A stretch of DNA of 63,671 bases, filler included, from Choristocarpus tenellus KU-1152 (lineage: Eukaryota; Protista; Phaeophyceae): the NCBI GenBank assembly GCA_964200185.2. It is 9 parts of 9 records of this genome, joined end to end, with 100 filler letters (N's around TTAATTAATTAA, not from the genome) between each part and the next. Parts side by side here need not be neighbours in the genome. Positions count along the whole stretch, not along the records: positions 40,169 to 44,693 come from CAXNAD020014151.1; positions 44,794 to 56,788 come from CAXNAD020002032.1; 7 more parts are not named here. One strand, written 5' to 3'. Positions 41,201-53,100 of this stretch are shown here, one piece after another. A model generated the notes under the pieces. It saw only the letters and a list, made by a program, of their open reading frames with translations. It searched no databases and was not told the DNA's origin. The position numbers and the translations under genes are program-made. How positions within the stretch are numbered: position 1 is the stretch's first letter; each line of letters opens with the position of its first letter.

Positions 41201-41560
41201 ATGTGAGTCTGTTAAAGAATGCGTAGGATCCCAAGTCTTGATATTAGAATTTGTAGAAAGTTGGAGTGAGAAACAACATTCAAGTAGGAGGGGGGTGGTA
41301 GACCTTTCACTCATCCCTGATCACTCATAACTCATCACTCAATATGTGTTACTTGCTACAACATTCCTTCTCTAGAATCCTTCTTATGATACTGCAATGA
41401 CCTGGATTACTATCAACTATCGGGTTATCCAACAGTTCTCCAATAACTAATTGTTTCCTAAAGTATTCTCCCACATGAATTTGAAGCAGAATGTTGACAC
41501 ACTTCCCTGCTTTGAACTTCTTGTGGAACCACCAACAATCACTACATACAACACATCACA

Positions 41561-44400
41561 TCACAGTGTACCCATAGTGATATCTGCGTGCCAACCTAAC
41601 AATTCCTTGGACAGATCCCTAATAAGAAGGTCTGCGTGTTGGAATTTGGTAGGTACATGTACTGTGCTCTCTATGACCTCTGCCTTGTTGTCCCCATATG
41701 ATACTTCACTACACTTCAGTTTGCACTGCCAATACCTCCAGTCACATCTATTCCACCTCACACTGCCGTTGTTCATTTCTCTAATCAATACTGCTTGCCT
41801 GAGCAGATGAGGGATCTCCTTCTTGGGTGTCTTCATCCTGACCCGCATGAACGCTGGACCATGGTCCAGCTCTCTGATGCCCTGCACTTCATTATAGCAG
41901 CACTCTGTGCAGAGGAGGCTATGGGTGATTTGCTGTTGGTGTGAAGATGTGCTCCAGCGTTCATACATAGCCTGGTCTTGTATGTTGTATGGCAATGCCC
42001 TAGTTCCTTGTTTTGTTATGCAACTCAATGATGGCAAGATGTCATTGAGCATCCTCTGTGGACTTCAACGACTATTCGCTTGACCCATGCTTGGAATGCA
42101 AGCCCCCTCCATACCCCTCCTTGAAGTAGTGGTTACCATGTGTTGTTGGTGAGATGATGTAGTGCCTGCTCTTTGTGTGATTGGCTTGAGGATGGAGGAA
42201 GGCAAAGGGGTTGTTTGTGTTCGGTTGGGGTGAGAGATGAGTGGTGGTGTTGAGTGTTCTGAGATGGGTGTATTTGTAGATGAAGCTGCAATATGTGTGT
42301 GTCTCTATTAGTAGCTTGTTCTTTTATTGCAAAGTAAACGTAGAGATGAGAGGTATGCAAACCATTGGTGTATCTGAAACAAGAGAGCTCACAGGGAATT
42401 TGGAATGGGGATGTTTTGCTTTGGATACATGCACAGGAATATTTGTATTTGTATCTTGTGTTGATCCTGGGATGGAGCTCTTTTCCTCTTGGCAAACGTT
42501 GAGGTCCAATTGGTTAGTGTTTGCTTATTGCCACTGTGTTTATGTGTATGGATAGAAACTTATGGCAATGTGTATTGACAAGTTTAGTTGTTGGTGTGTC
42601 TTACACATGTTTTCTTGTTTGATGCGATACCCATGCGCCTTGTGTGCATGCATGATGATTTGTTGATGTGAGTTACCCTTCTTGATTTGTGTGTGCAAGG
42701 TTATGATCCTATTTTTTTTACCAGAAATGGTTAATGTGTTGTTTGTGTGGAACAGGTTTGACACATTGTTTTTCTGTTGAGAACAAGCTTCTCTAAAGTA
42801 GTAGTTTGTGAATTGTTAGAACCTTCTACGCTGGTCACTGAGGGAGTGTGAATTGGAGTATATAGGGGTATCATTGTTATGTGGTGAATTAATATTTGCA
42901 TCAAGGACCCACCAACACCAAATCTTGGGCAGGATGCTGTGCTCTTCCCCACACCTCTCCACTAGCAAAATAAAGCGCTCAGAACGCAGGCTGTAGGGGT
43001 TGTAGCAATGTCTGTCTCCTCCCGCTTTCTGCATGTACTTCACATTCAGTCATGGGTTTTCACATGCTATTCGATCACTCCCTCTCCAATGCCGGTGCTT
43101 TTTCTTCATTTATTTTGAATTCCAGCAATGGGTCACACCACTCCCAAGGTGATCGCAGAAGAAGCATTTGCAGCAAATATGTGGATCAATAGCTTGCTCG
43201 TCCCTATATTCTTCACCCCTCACCCCTCATAGCAGCATTGACTATGGAACTATCTCCCCCAGGTACTTGGCATGATTTCTGAGGTGGTAGATAAGAGAGA
43301 ATGGAATCCTTGCCCTTGTCTTTTCATACAATCATTGTAGGAACAGAACTTGAAGTACTTGAACTTTGAGCATTGGAACCTTAAGGTCAAGTACATGATG
43401 ACAAGCAGAACTACAATGCAGAAGTACGGTTGATCCATACAGAAGTGATTATGTGATAACTATTTCTCCAACCCTCTCAAGCACACATCATCCATATGAG
43501 TACCACCCCCACCCAGTCAAGTAGTCATTTCGACAAAGTGAGCATTTCAACTCATGATGTATGACTGGATCTTTTTATATTCTATTGTGAAACAGATGGA
43601 AACAAGCCGACAGGTCTTAGTAATGAAGGGGAGCGAGAAGACCCACAGGAGGTAAGATCAAAGAGTGATAAGTCAAAAAGGGAGAGCAATCCCTCAGAAG
43701 ATCACTCAGGAAAAGAGTGTTCCAGTGGAAACTGAAAGAGGGGGGCTTTGGTAAGGTCACTCCAAACCACCCGATCTTACTTCAAGCAGATGTTACCTTA
43801 ACATGCAAGAACAAATGTCATATGAATATCATAATGTTCAAGATAGGTCACCTTCAGGGTATACCTTCTGTGGAAGATGGCTCTCACACTATCCCCTGAA
43901 TTATCATCAGTTTCACCCACACGAAGAACCTCGCGAAGGTACCCGTTCAATCCATCCACACGTCTTAGCCACTACAACAAGACCAAGTTCACCTGTAACA
44001 CATTATTTTTTCGAGTTTGAAAACGACCCGATAAATCTGGCTATTGCGTCCAGCAGTATAATGTAGATTACCACATCATATCATGATTTGATATGGTGTT
44101 TGGTATATATCGTTTTGCCAATATCCCACACCAAATCGGGTAGGTCAATATTCGAATTGAACCGAATTGAACTGTCCATATAGGCAGTGGTGCCGTTGAA
44201 GGGCACCTAGGTCGATTAGTGGCGCGTGGCAACTTGAGGCAAAAATTCCAAACTCTCCATAGGTCTCAATCAGGCAGATCCAAAGCCATGAACAATAGTG
44301 ACATGTGTAGAGTTGCGGTTGGTGAAACCTTTTGAAGAATATGTACCTCTCCTGTGACCTCCAACACATTCCATTATAGGTAGTCACAACTGCAGTGGTA
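41561..44400 (-). mobile_element. Decayed Ty1/copia pol (integrase - RT - RNase H order)
   Basis: RNase H end VHVPTKFQHADLLIRDLSKE (like HVPSEFQHADFLTKPLSKE) at 41561-41670; integrase-like FFKRF...ETYGEFGIFASSC at 44145-44387; copia domain order on the minus strand. Confidence 0.65.
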
Positions 44401-44693
44401 GTACGACTTAAATTCTGATCAAAGCAATGATCGAAATAACATAACTTTTCTTAGTTATTGGGATATTTCGATTGAACTAGCTAAAGTCGATTCAACTAAA
44501 TTACGCGATTCACAACACCAATATAATCAGTAGAAAGTTTTGTGAATGAGCTGGCTACACATGTAGTATATGGGGGAGAGGGGAGGGAGATTACAGCAGG
44601 AAAGGAGTTGTCAAATCCTGTTTACGATAGATAGTGCCTGTCACTAACAGTGGATTTTCAAAATTGAGGAAGGAGCGGGACTATGAGGATGGT

Positions 44694-44793
44694 NNNNNNN
44701 NNNNNNNNNNNNNNNNNNNNNNNNNNNNNNNNNNNNNTTAATTAATTAANNNNNNNNNNNNNNNNNNNNNNNNNNNNNNNNNNNNNNNNNNNN
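44694..44793. other. Artificial contig linker
   Basis: N44-TTAATTAATTAA-N44. Confidence 0.99.
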
Positions 44794-44818
44794 CCCCCCC
44801 CCCCAGATACTTTGAGCC
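44794..44818. mobile_element. MITE family B terminus at contig start
   Basis: C-run + AGATACTTTGAGCC. Confidence 0.85.
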
Positions 44819-47148
44819 GACTTGAATTGTTCTTAGCCCCCCTTAGGATGCTGTGACTGTAAATTAGAAGGACTTCGTTCATATGAATGAGAATATTACA
44901 TTTCAGAGTGGTATGAGCGCATGTATCAGAAGGGAGTCACATGGGACCCCAATTCTCAATGACACTGCCCTTTAAGATAGATCCTACAGGATGACTCAAA
45001 GGCTTGTCAGTTGGTCGTCCAACACCGACCTTAGAAGGAAAGCAAGTTTCTGCCTACTGTATGAGTGTGTGATTCTTTGCTGGAATTGCGATTCAGAGAG
45101 CTCTACATTTTTTCAACCACAAAGACCAAGTTTGACAGGGTGTCTGTTTGCCTTTACATCTCGAACTCGAAAAATACACATGAAGGTATTGCCACCCTGT
45201 CAAATAGACAAAGAAGAGCAACACAAGAAGGTTCGTGCAAAAAAATACTTCACTTGAAAGTCAGAGACGAAACAGGTGCTGCATATACACAGCATGTTCA
45301 AACTGTTGAGGGTGCACACAAAGCTCACTACTTATCACGTGTTTTCCAGAAGTAGAAGGATGAGGGGGACCTTCTTTTGAGACAAGAATGTATGCCTAGC
45401 AGCAAACAAATAATAATTGGAGTTATTCGGATCTTCGAAAAGGATTGGAACTGTCAAACTCTTGTCTATAACACATATTTGTCAGTGAGACTGAAAATGC
45501 CCAAGATAAAGCTCAACACATATGTTGAAAATACATCTGTAAAACCGTCCTTTCTATGACAACTGAATGAACATTGACCGGAATGGAAGGAAAAGAGGGA
45601 GAGGACAGGGTGCGCAGTTGTGGAAGCGATCATTATTGACAAAATGCGATCTTCCAGGATGGTTACTCTGACCTCTTCAAAACACCCCTCAACTTGAAGA
45701 CATGCATATTATGTACAAGAGAACACCACCTCGGAATCTGGTTGAGAAGATACCAAATCACTAGGCAGAACTTCAGCAATTAAAGACAGGCAGAGTATGG
45801 CCATCTGCCCTAGGCAACCCTTCACCTGAAAGCAAAGGACAGAGTACACCAATCCTTTGGCAGTGCATCAACATGTTTTGAAGAACACTATACACCGTTA
45901 ATAAAAAGTATTGTTCCAACTACACCTACACCTGCTCATCCAACAGTCTCTCCTACGGTTTTTCTCGTGGATACGCCTTCCAATGGGATTTCACACTCAT
46001 CTGCCACACCTTGTAAAAAAACTTATACCTTGAATTTTGTCACAGGAAAGGCTGTACTAACCTAGGAGAAACAACTTACAAGACGCTTTCGACCATGTTT
46101 CTGTCAAGGGGCAAAAGGGTCAAAACTCTCCTCCTCAAATCTGTTCAAAGTTTAAGCATATCACACGTGTGATGTACGCTTGGTCTCTCCCAAGGCCATT
46201 GTCAATTACATCACCCATCTTGCAGTAGTCGTGACCATAGGCTTCTGATTATACCTGTTTCTGCAATATGGGCGTGCAGAAGGCGGCAAAATATGTTATT
46301 TTTTTGTTCTTACGGATTTTTTTTCTCTTCTCATGAAAGGAAGATCAAAAAGGGGAATCAATGAGGAGGGAATGTAGTTGATGTTAAATATTTTGAACGT
46401 AATGATTTTTTCTTTTAACTATTGTGTTGTTTGAAAATCTACATGCCCAACTCAAAATTGGGTGTGTTTAGATGCTTTTCAAAGTTCGCAGTATGCTACT
46501 ATACATTGGATACCTGCGGAAACAAGATAATTCGTCTTTTGAACGACTTTTCGACCATGGCAGCCATTTCAACCCCAATAAGGTACACATATACTTCCTG
46601 ATGTCAAACCAAAACCAGAATACACATCAGCCTTAAAAAGTCAAGAAAGCTCGTCCGTCTAGTGTGCCCCATTTTTTTTTTTTTGCGTCAAATTTCTTGT
46701 GCCAGAAGAAGAGACGGCCTCAGTCGTGTAAAACGTTTGTGGTGACTATAGCACCTGAAGGCATTCAGCCACATGTTCACCTTTCTGTCACATATGTCAA
46801 TGTTTAGTTTCAAGTTGTGTAGGAGAGTTTGAATTACCTTAAAAAAAATCAAATCTCCATTTACGGCCCTGAATACGGTACTTTCACTTTTTGGTTGTTT
46901 CATTTCTTACCTATGCTTCTGCCAATATCTCCCAATAGTAAGAAAGACGTTAGGTGTTACAATAGAGCTCAAGAAATCTAATCAACCTAAACATTTCTAC
47001 TGAAGTACATGGCATCAGCAAACACCACTTCTCGGAATTGACCCTTATCCAAAACTCACAGCTGCTGCCAATCTTGCTGTTTGTTCTTGAAATCTACTCC
47101 TATTCTTTCCCAAGTTCACGCAGATCTTAAATCTCGTAAATCCCTTAC

Positions 47149-50100
47149 CTGTTTCTGAGAGAACATTTTCTCAAATCCCTTTATGCCCATCTCCCCAGAA
47201 GGTCCACCCTCCCCAAAGTGGGTCACCAGGAGCTGAGCCTCCGTTGAAGTTACAGGTAGACCCATCTCATTCACCTTGAGTTTGGTGATGTTTAAAGCAG
47301 GGTGCAAACAACTCATGGGTGAAGATAATTTTTTGCTTGCCTTTTGTGCTACCACTTCATCAAGCAGTTTCTCGTAAAGGCTATGTCACCAACTTCACCC
47401 ATCATGAATCTCAACAGGATAGTGGTTGACTCCAGTCTAGCATGCTACAGCCCCAAATTACAACGGAGTCTCGTTTGTTCCAGATTTGTCAAGGGTAATA
47501 CTGACTAATGTGGATAGCTCATCCATTGCCTTTGTTTTGCCTGGAGTCAAAGTATCTTAGAGGGTAGAGCCTCGTCCATTTGGGGGTCAAAATCCAATGT
47601 CATAATTTTGATGTAATTTTGGCTATCGTGTTTGTTAAGGTATGTCAATATCCTTGTTCTGGACACAACTTTTCATAACATATATAATCAACCTACTCTA
47701 AAACATTTCGGAGTTGGAAGATGTCATTAAAAAAACCCGTGGGAAGCCAAGCCCCAAACGGACAAACAGGGCAAAATTCCTACCCTAACCCTAAGATACT
47801 CTCACTCCTGAAGTTATAGAAACAGGGTGGGTCATCTTTCTTCTGCTTCTAAAGATCAGCTCATCCATATTGGTTAAAAATCACAGCAATATCCAACCTC
47901 TTAGTCAGATATCCCGATATCTTCGCCCCCATCAGCACACTGTCCTCTACCTGTGGCAAGACACAACTATCCTGAGAAAAAAAAAGAACATGCTAACAGG
48001 TACCGAGATTCAAAGTTACCTCTCCTATTCTAGTTAATCATAAATCACATAGTCAACACACTACCAGACAAGCATTTTTAGTAGCCCAAATGATCAAGCA
48101 TCCACTTCCTCTTTCCTTTCCTTTCCTTTCCTTTCCTTTCCTTTCCTTTCCTTTCCTTTCCCTTCCAAAGAACAACAACAGAATAGAACCTACTGGTTCA
48201 GGCTCAAAGTATCTGGGGGGGGGGGTGGCAGCTGTCCATTTGGGGTCATTTTTTTAATGTCACTACATTTGTGTGATTTGGTTGGATACGTCGGATGGAT
48301 AATGTAAGTGCACTTTTCCTGGTTATGGATCAAATAGACACCCTGGTGCAGACCCTACTCCCCCCCCCAGATTCTTTGGGTCTTCATGCAGGGTATCTAG
48401 CTACGGACACGTTTTTTTTTCTCACCATCCTCTGTAACTCCGTGCCAGAGACAGTTCCAGAAGAGTCCTTGTCCATGACCTCGAAAACTCGTCCCATATG
48501 ATCATCCTTAATGCCGCCTTCCCCAGTCCCTGTATTTTGGACCCTTCCTACTGTCTCTAGTTCCAGAGTGCCAATGCCTGACGAACCTCCAAGTGCCCTC
48601 AAGAACCGCGAAACTCTGATGAAATATGAAGAGTGCATATTCATGACAAAATATTGTTGGGACATGCGTGGGGTATAGCCACATTGTGGAAGGGTTTAAC
48701 TTTATACTCCTACTCTAATTTTTTTTTTTGTGGTCCTCTAAATGCAGAACAAACATAGTCAAACTCGCAACCACTTGGAGTAATAGCCTTCCATAAATAG
48801 CCAATTAATACAACACATGAACACTCTCCAAGATGTCAGCTTGTCTATATTTTTAGTGAGCAAACGGCAATTGAAGTCTCCGGAAAAGCAATGGAACATT
48901 CAATACATACAATCAGCAGCATGTATGCAAAATTAAGGCACAACATTTAATTCCACACGAATCTGCTGATCCCCCCAATATTTGGTTGATGGAAATTTTT
49001 GATCCGGTCTCAAGATCGTCAGCCCGACCATTTGTCTTTTGGCAATTTTTGGTGCTCTGACAACCCTAACCCTATATAAATATATATTATGGGCAAGAGA
49101 ATGTCTCTATATTACTACAGAATGTACCTGTGTTTGAAGGAGACAATGTATATATATGTATATCACTGCTTATACTCTTCTACTCGAAAACACTACTATG
49201 CCCCCATAAGGATATGTTCAACCTGTGACAAAGATACAATTTCTTGGGGGGGGGGGGGGTATGGAGAGGGGATTAGCTACCTCCTCGTTAACCTGTGCAC
49301 ATCCACAGGGTTGATCCAAGCAGCAAAAGCTTTGTAGGACACACTTGCATTCCCTTGGTGCTTGACTCTCTCTTTATCGACACTAACAGTCTTTGTGTTT
49401 GTACCACAAGCACTTGTTCTGCTGGAAGCACCAGGAGTGTTGTCCCCAGAAACGTTTGGTGTCACTGCAAAATGCCTGCAGTCACCACCAAATTCACAAC
49501 AGTTTTACAGATAGATTGCCTGAGCAGGGTAGGGAGTGTAAGTGGGCTGGACGGTCTCCAAGATTGTGTTTTGAGTCAAGTTTCACAGCACATCAGTGCC
49601 ATGGCCAATGGTCCAATAGAATGAGACCTCTGGCAAGTGAAGATTCCAACATTTTTTCATGTTGATAGAGAATGATCCTAGAACGGCGACCGAAATATTC
49701 TTTTTATAGAGGAGTGACAAACAATAGGCACAACAGGATGTTGGTGATGTCTGCCGCTGGGCAGCAGTACGGCAATGAGGTGTGAGTAGATGTTCATTGA
49801 AAGAGTGAAAGTATCTTAAGAGGGTATGAGGTTTGCCCTGTTTGTCCGTCTGGGACTTGATCTCCCACAAGTTTTTTTATGACATTTTCCTATGCCGAAA
49901 TGTTTTGGAGTAGGTAAAATGTGTACTTTTTGGAGTAGGTATCAAGTATATGTCCAGAACAAGGATATTGACACTTCCTAACAAACGCGATAGTCAAAAT
50001 TACATCAAAATCCCAACATTAGATTTTGACCTCCAAACGGACGTTGGTCTGCCCTCTAAGATACTTTGACTCGAACAAATATCTGTCACATATATGTTGA

Positions 50101-53100
50101 CTTCTTATTGGAGATGGACGATTTACCGTGTTCTTGTGTTTTCCTTATGCTAAAGAGTTTAAGTAAACAAGAGGTAGCCGGAGTGGCATTTTAAGGACAC
50201 TTAAAAAAAATGAAAAAAAAATCTTTTTTTTTTTACAAACCCATTTATAGTATACTTTCTAAATTATTTCGAAAAGGTTCAAGCAATAGAATTAAACGCT
50301 CTCAAGTCAAACTTAGTTAGCGCTTCATCCATCAAAATATTGGCGAATTACAAACGATTAAAAATCTGACAAAAAATGCAAAACGGCCAAAAAACCTCTT
50401 TACCTCTCGTTTACTTTGGGTCGACATCAACGTTTACACATCAGGGAAAAAGTATCTGGGGGGGGGAAGGGGTCTACACCAGGGTGTCCATTTGACCCCA
50501 AATCAGGAAAAGTGCATTTACATTATCCATCCGAAGTATGCAGCCAAATCATCCAAAAATTGCGACATGAAAATATTGACCCGAAATGGACAGCCGCCAC
50601 CCCCCCCTAGATACTTTGAGCCATCACCAACTACAGTGAGAAGCTAAAATTGAAAGTAGGTCAAGATTTGGGAATGGTGGTGACCAACAAAGAATGCGAG
50701 AGTGCTTGGTAGGAGGATGAACCTCTTAGGAACCTATAGTTGAGCTCAGGGAATTTCTCGCACATTGGTGAGATCACTTTCATAGTGTCGTAGAACGTAC
50801 ACTCAAAGTGGAGGTAACTCGAGGTTGCTCACGAGGGGAAGGTTTAACATGTGCTCATACACTCTTCAAGGGAACATGCCAATATAGTTCATAAGGAAGT
50901 GATCTCTCATTCTTCTTCAAAACATAAGGATATTCTCACTACACTGGCATCTCAGTGTCTTAGTAGGACTCGATACTAGAACTTACTGGTCAAGTTTCAA
51001 TATACTATAAATTCAGTGAAGTCCCAACATGTGTGCTAGTGCTCTTCTGAGAGTCAAGCACTACTAGCCGGGCAAGCTTCCAATCAATCACTGAGCACTG
51101 TTAAGCGTACAACTCACTCAACACATTACGGAACTCATGATATGATCGTTCAAGCCACCGTAGTAAGGGACATTCCTCGCTGTGTTCTCACCATCCATAG
51201 CAAGTTGTCGGAGAAGAAAAAATGAACCCAAGTCCCCAGTTTCACCCTTATCATTGAGAGAACAATGTGATCTGTTTGCAATGAAAATGATTTTGTGGAC
51301 AGTACACAACCCAAGCTTCAGCAGCTATATCAACAGAAGAGTAGTAGGTGATATCGGTCTTGGGGATCAAAAGATCTTCAAGCCCCCTAGCACAACAGAC
51401 AATGCGATCAATGACACCGTCGTGTTTGCTCTCCCCATTATTGATTTGGAACACAGTCGTCATAGTAGTTGGGCATCAGCGAAAAGTATCTTAGAGGGTA
51501 GGAATTTTGCCCTGTTTGTCCAATTGGGGCTTGGATTCCCATGGGGAGGGTTTATCACATTTTACCTACTCCGAAATGTTTTGGAGCAGGTAAAATGTAT
51601 ACGTTATGAAAAGGTGTATCTGGAACAAGGATATTGGCACTTCCTAGAAAATACGATAGCCAAAATTACATCAAACGTTCAACATTGGATTTTTGCTGCC
51701 AAACGGACGCGGATCTACCCTCTAAAATACTTTGACTCCATCACCTGCATAACAGGTTCAGATCAGAGTCCTCAAGTCCTGGTGACATCCTGACGACAGT
51801 GCCAGTGAGCACCTGTATAACGCCGTCGGGAACATTTCCGAGATATGAAGGAAAGTGATTAAGCATCGGATAGATCTACTAGTTGGCCCCTACAACATAA
51901 GAACGTTCTTATGGGAAAAAAAACATATCCTGCGCTTGGAAGGAAAAAATATTTCAGCAAAAGACCCGAACACAGTGAGAACATACGACCGAGTCTTCAA
52001 AGAAAAGAAAAAGGTATTCAAGAATCAACATTCGAGATCCTCCATCCGGCATATCACTTGCAGTGTTTCCTAGGTCTTGGATTGCCACCGTTCCCCCCTG
52101 TGAAGACCTGTCCTATCCCATAATCCCACTCATCTCTCCTGGAAATTCCGGTTTACCTCACGAAAGACTTCTTCTGGCACAGTCCCTTCCCCCGAGGCAT
52201 CGCGTTCTTCGAAGATCTCAAGATCAATCTCATCAAGAGGAGAGATATCCTCTCTTGGCCCTTCCACCATCGTAGCCCCTGGCTTGATGAGCTGAGATCC
52301 CTGCTTCACGTCGGCATCATAAACATTTGCCTTACTCTCATTTCGTTCCCCCTTCTCCAATCCCGGTGGAAACCTCATGCTTCTAACCTTGACTTCAATG
52401 ACTCCCTCCATCCCCCCCTCTACATCTCTTGCGGCGCTAGCCCCAATCCCTTGTGTTTCCTCTCTCTCTGGCTTATTGACGGTTTCTTCCACAGCGTTCA
52501 ACAGAGTGTGTCCCTTGCTTGGTGCTGCTACCCCTTGAACAGCGGCAGTCCTGAACCGCCGTATCTTCATCCAAATTTTGCTCAGGATATCTGCACGTTT
52601 CTCCTCACCCTTTTGTTCCCCATCCAACGTGCTGAGGTCTCCAAGATACGACTGGATGATGGGCATTTGGGGAGGGAGTGAATGGGGAGGGTAGTATGGT
52701 ACGATGATAGGGTGAATTTGAATGAATCCTTCCAGATGTTGAAGTTTGGCGGGGGGGGGCAGGGGGGAGGGGAAAAATAACAGCATGCCATTACTGGCCA
52801 TACATCCAAAGTGCAGCATTTTGAACGGTGATGCATACGCACTGTAGAAGAATGTGAATGCCAGTGGAAAGAAATTCGCTGAAAGACGCAGGGAACACTG
52901 AAAAACATGGGCCTACATTAAGGACTTGAGTGAACATCATTGAAATTACTTCGAATAATCTCGGGTCCAGTACTAGCTCTGCGGATTTATACAGCATTCT
53001 GCAAGTGATGCTGAGGTTTGATGACAAAAGGGGAAACCTCATGCTCCCTTCTCACCAAATTTTCTTTACATGTATGATATTTTCTGATTAAGTCATTAGT

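Noticed and set aside
51182-51793. 203-aa plus-strand ORF
   Set aside because: Runs through a MITE and antisense to an EF-hand exon; no coherent protein
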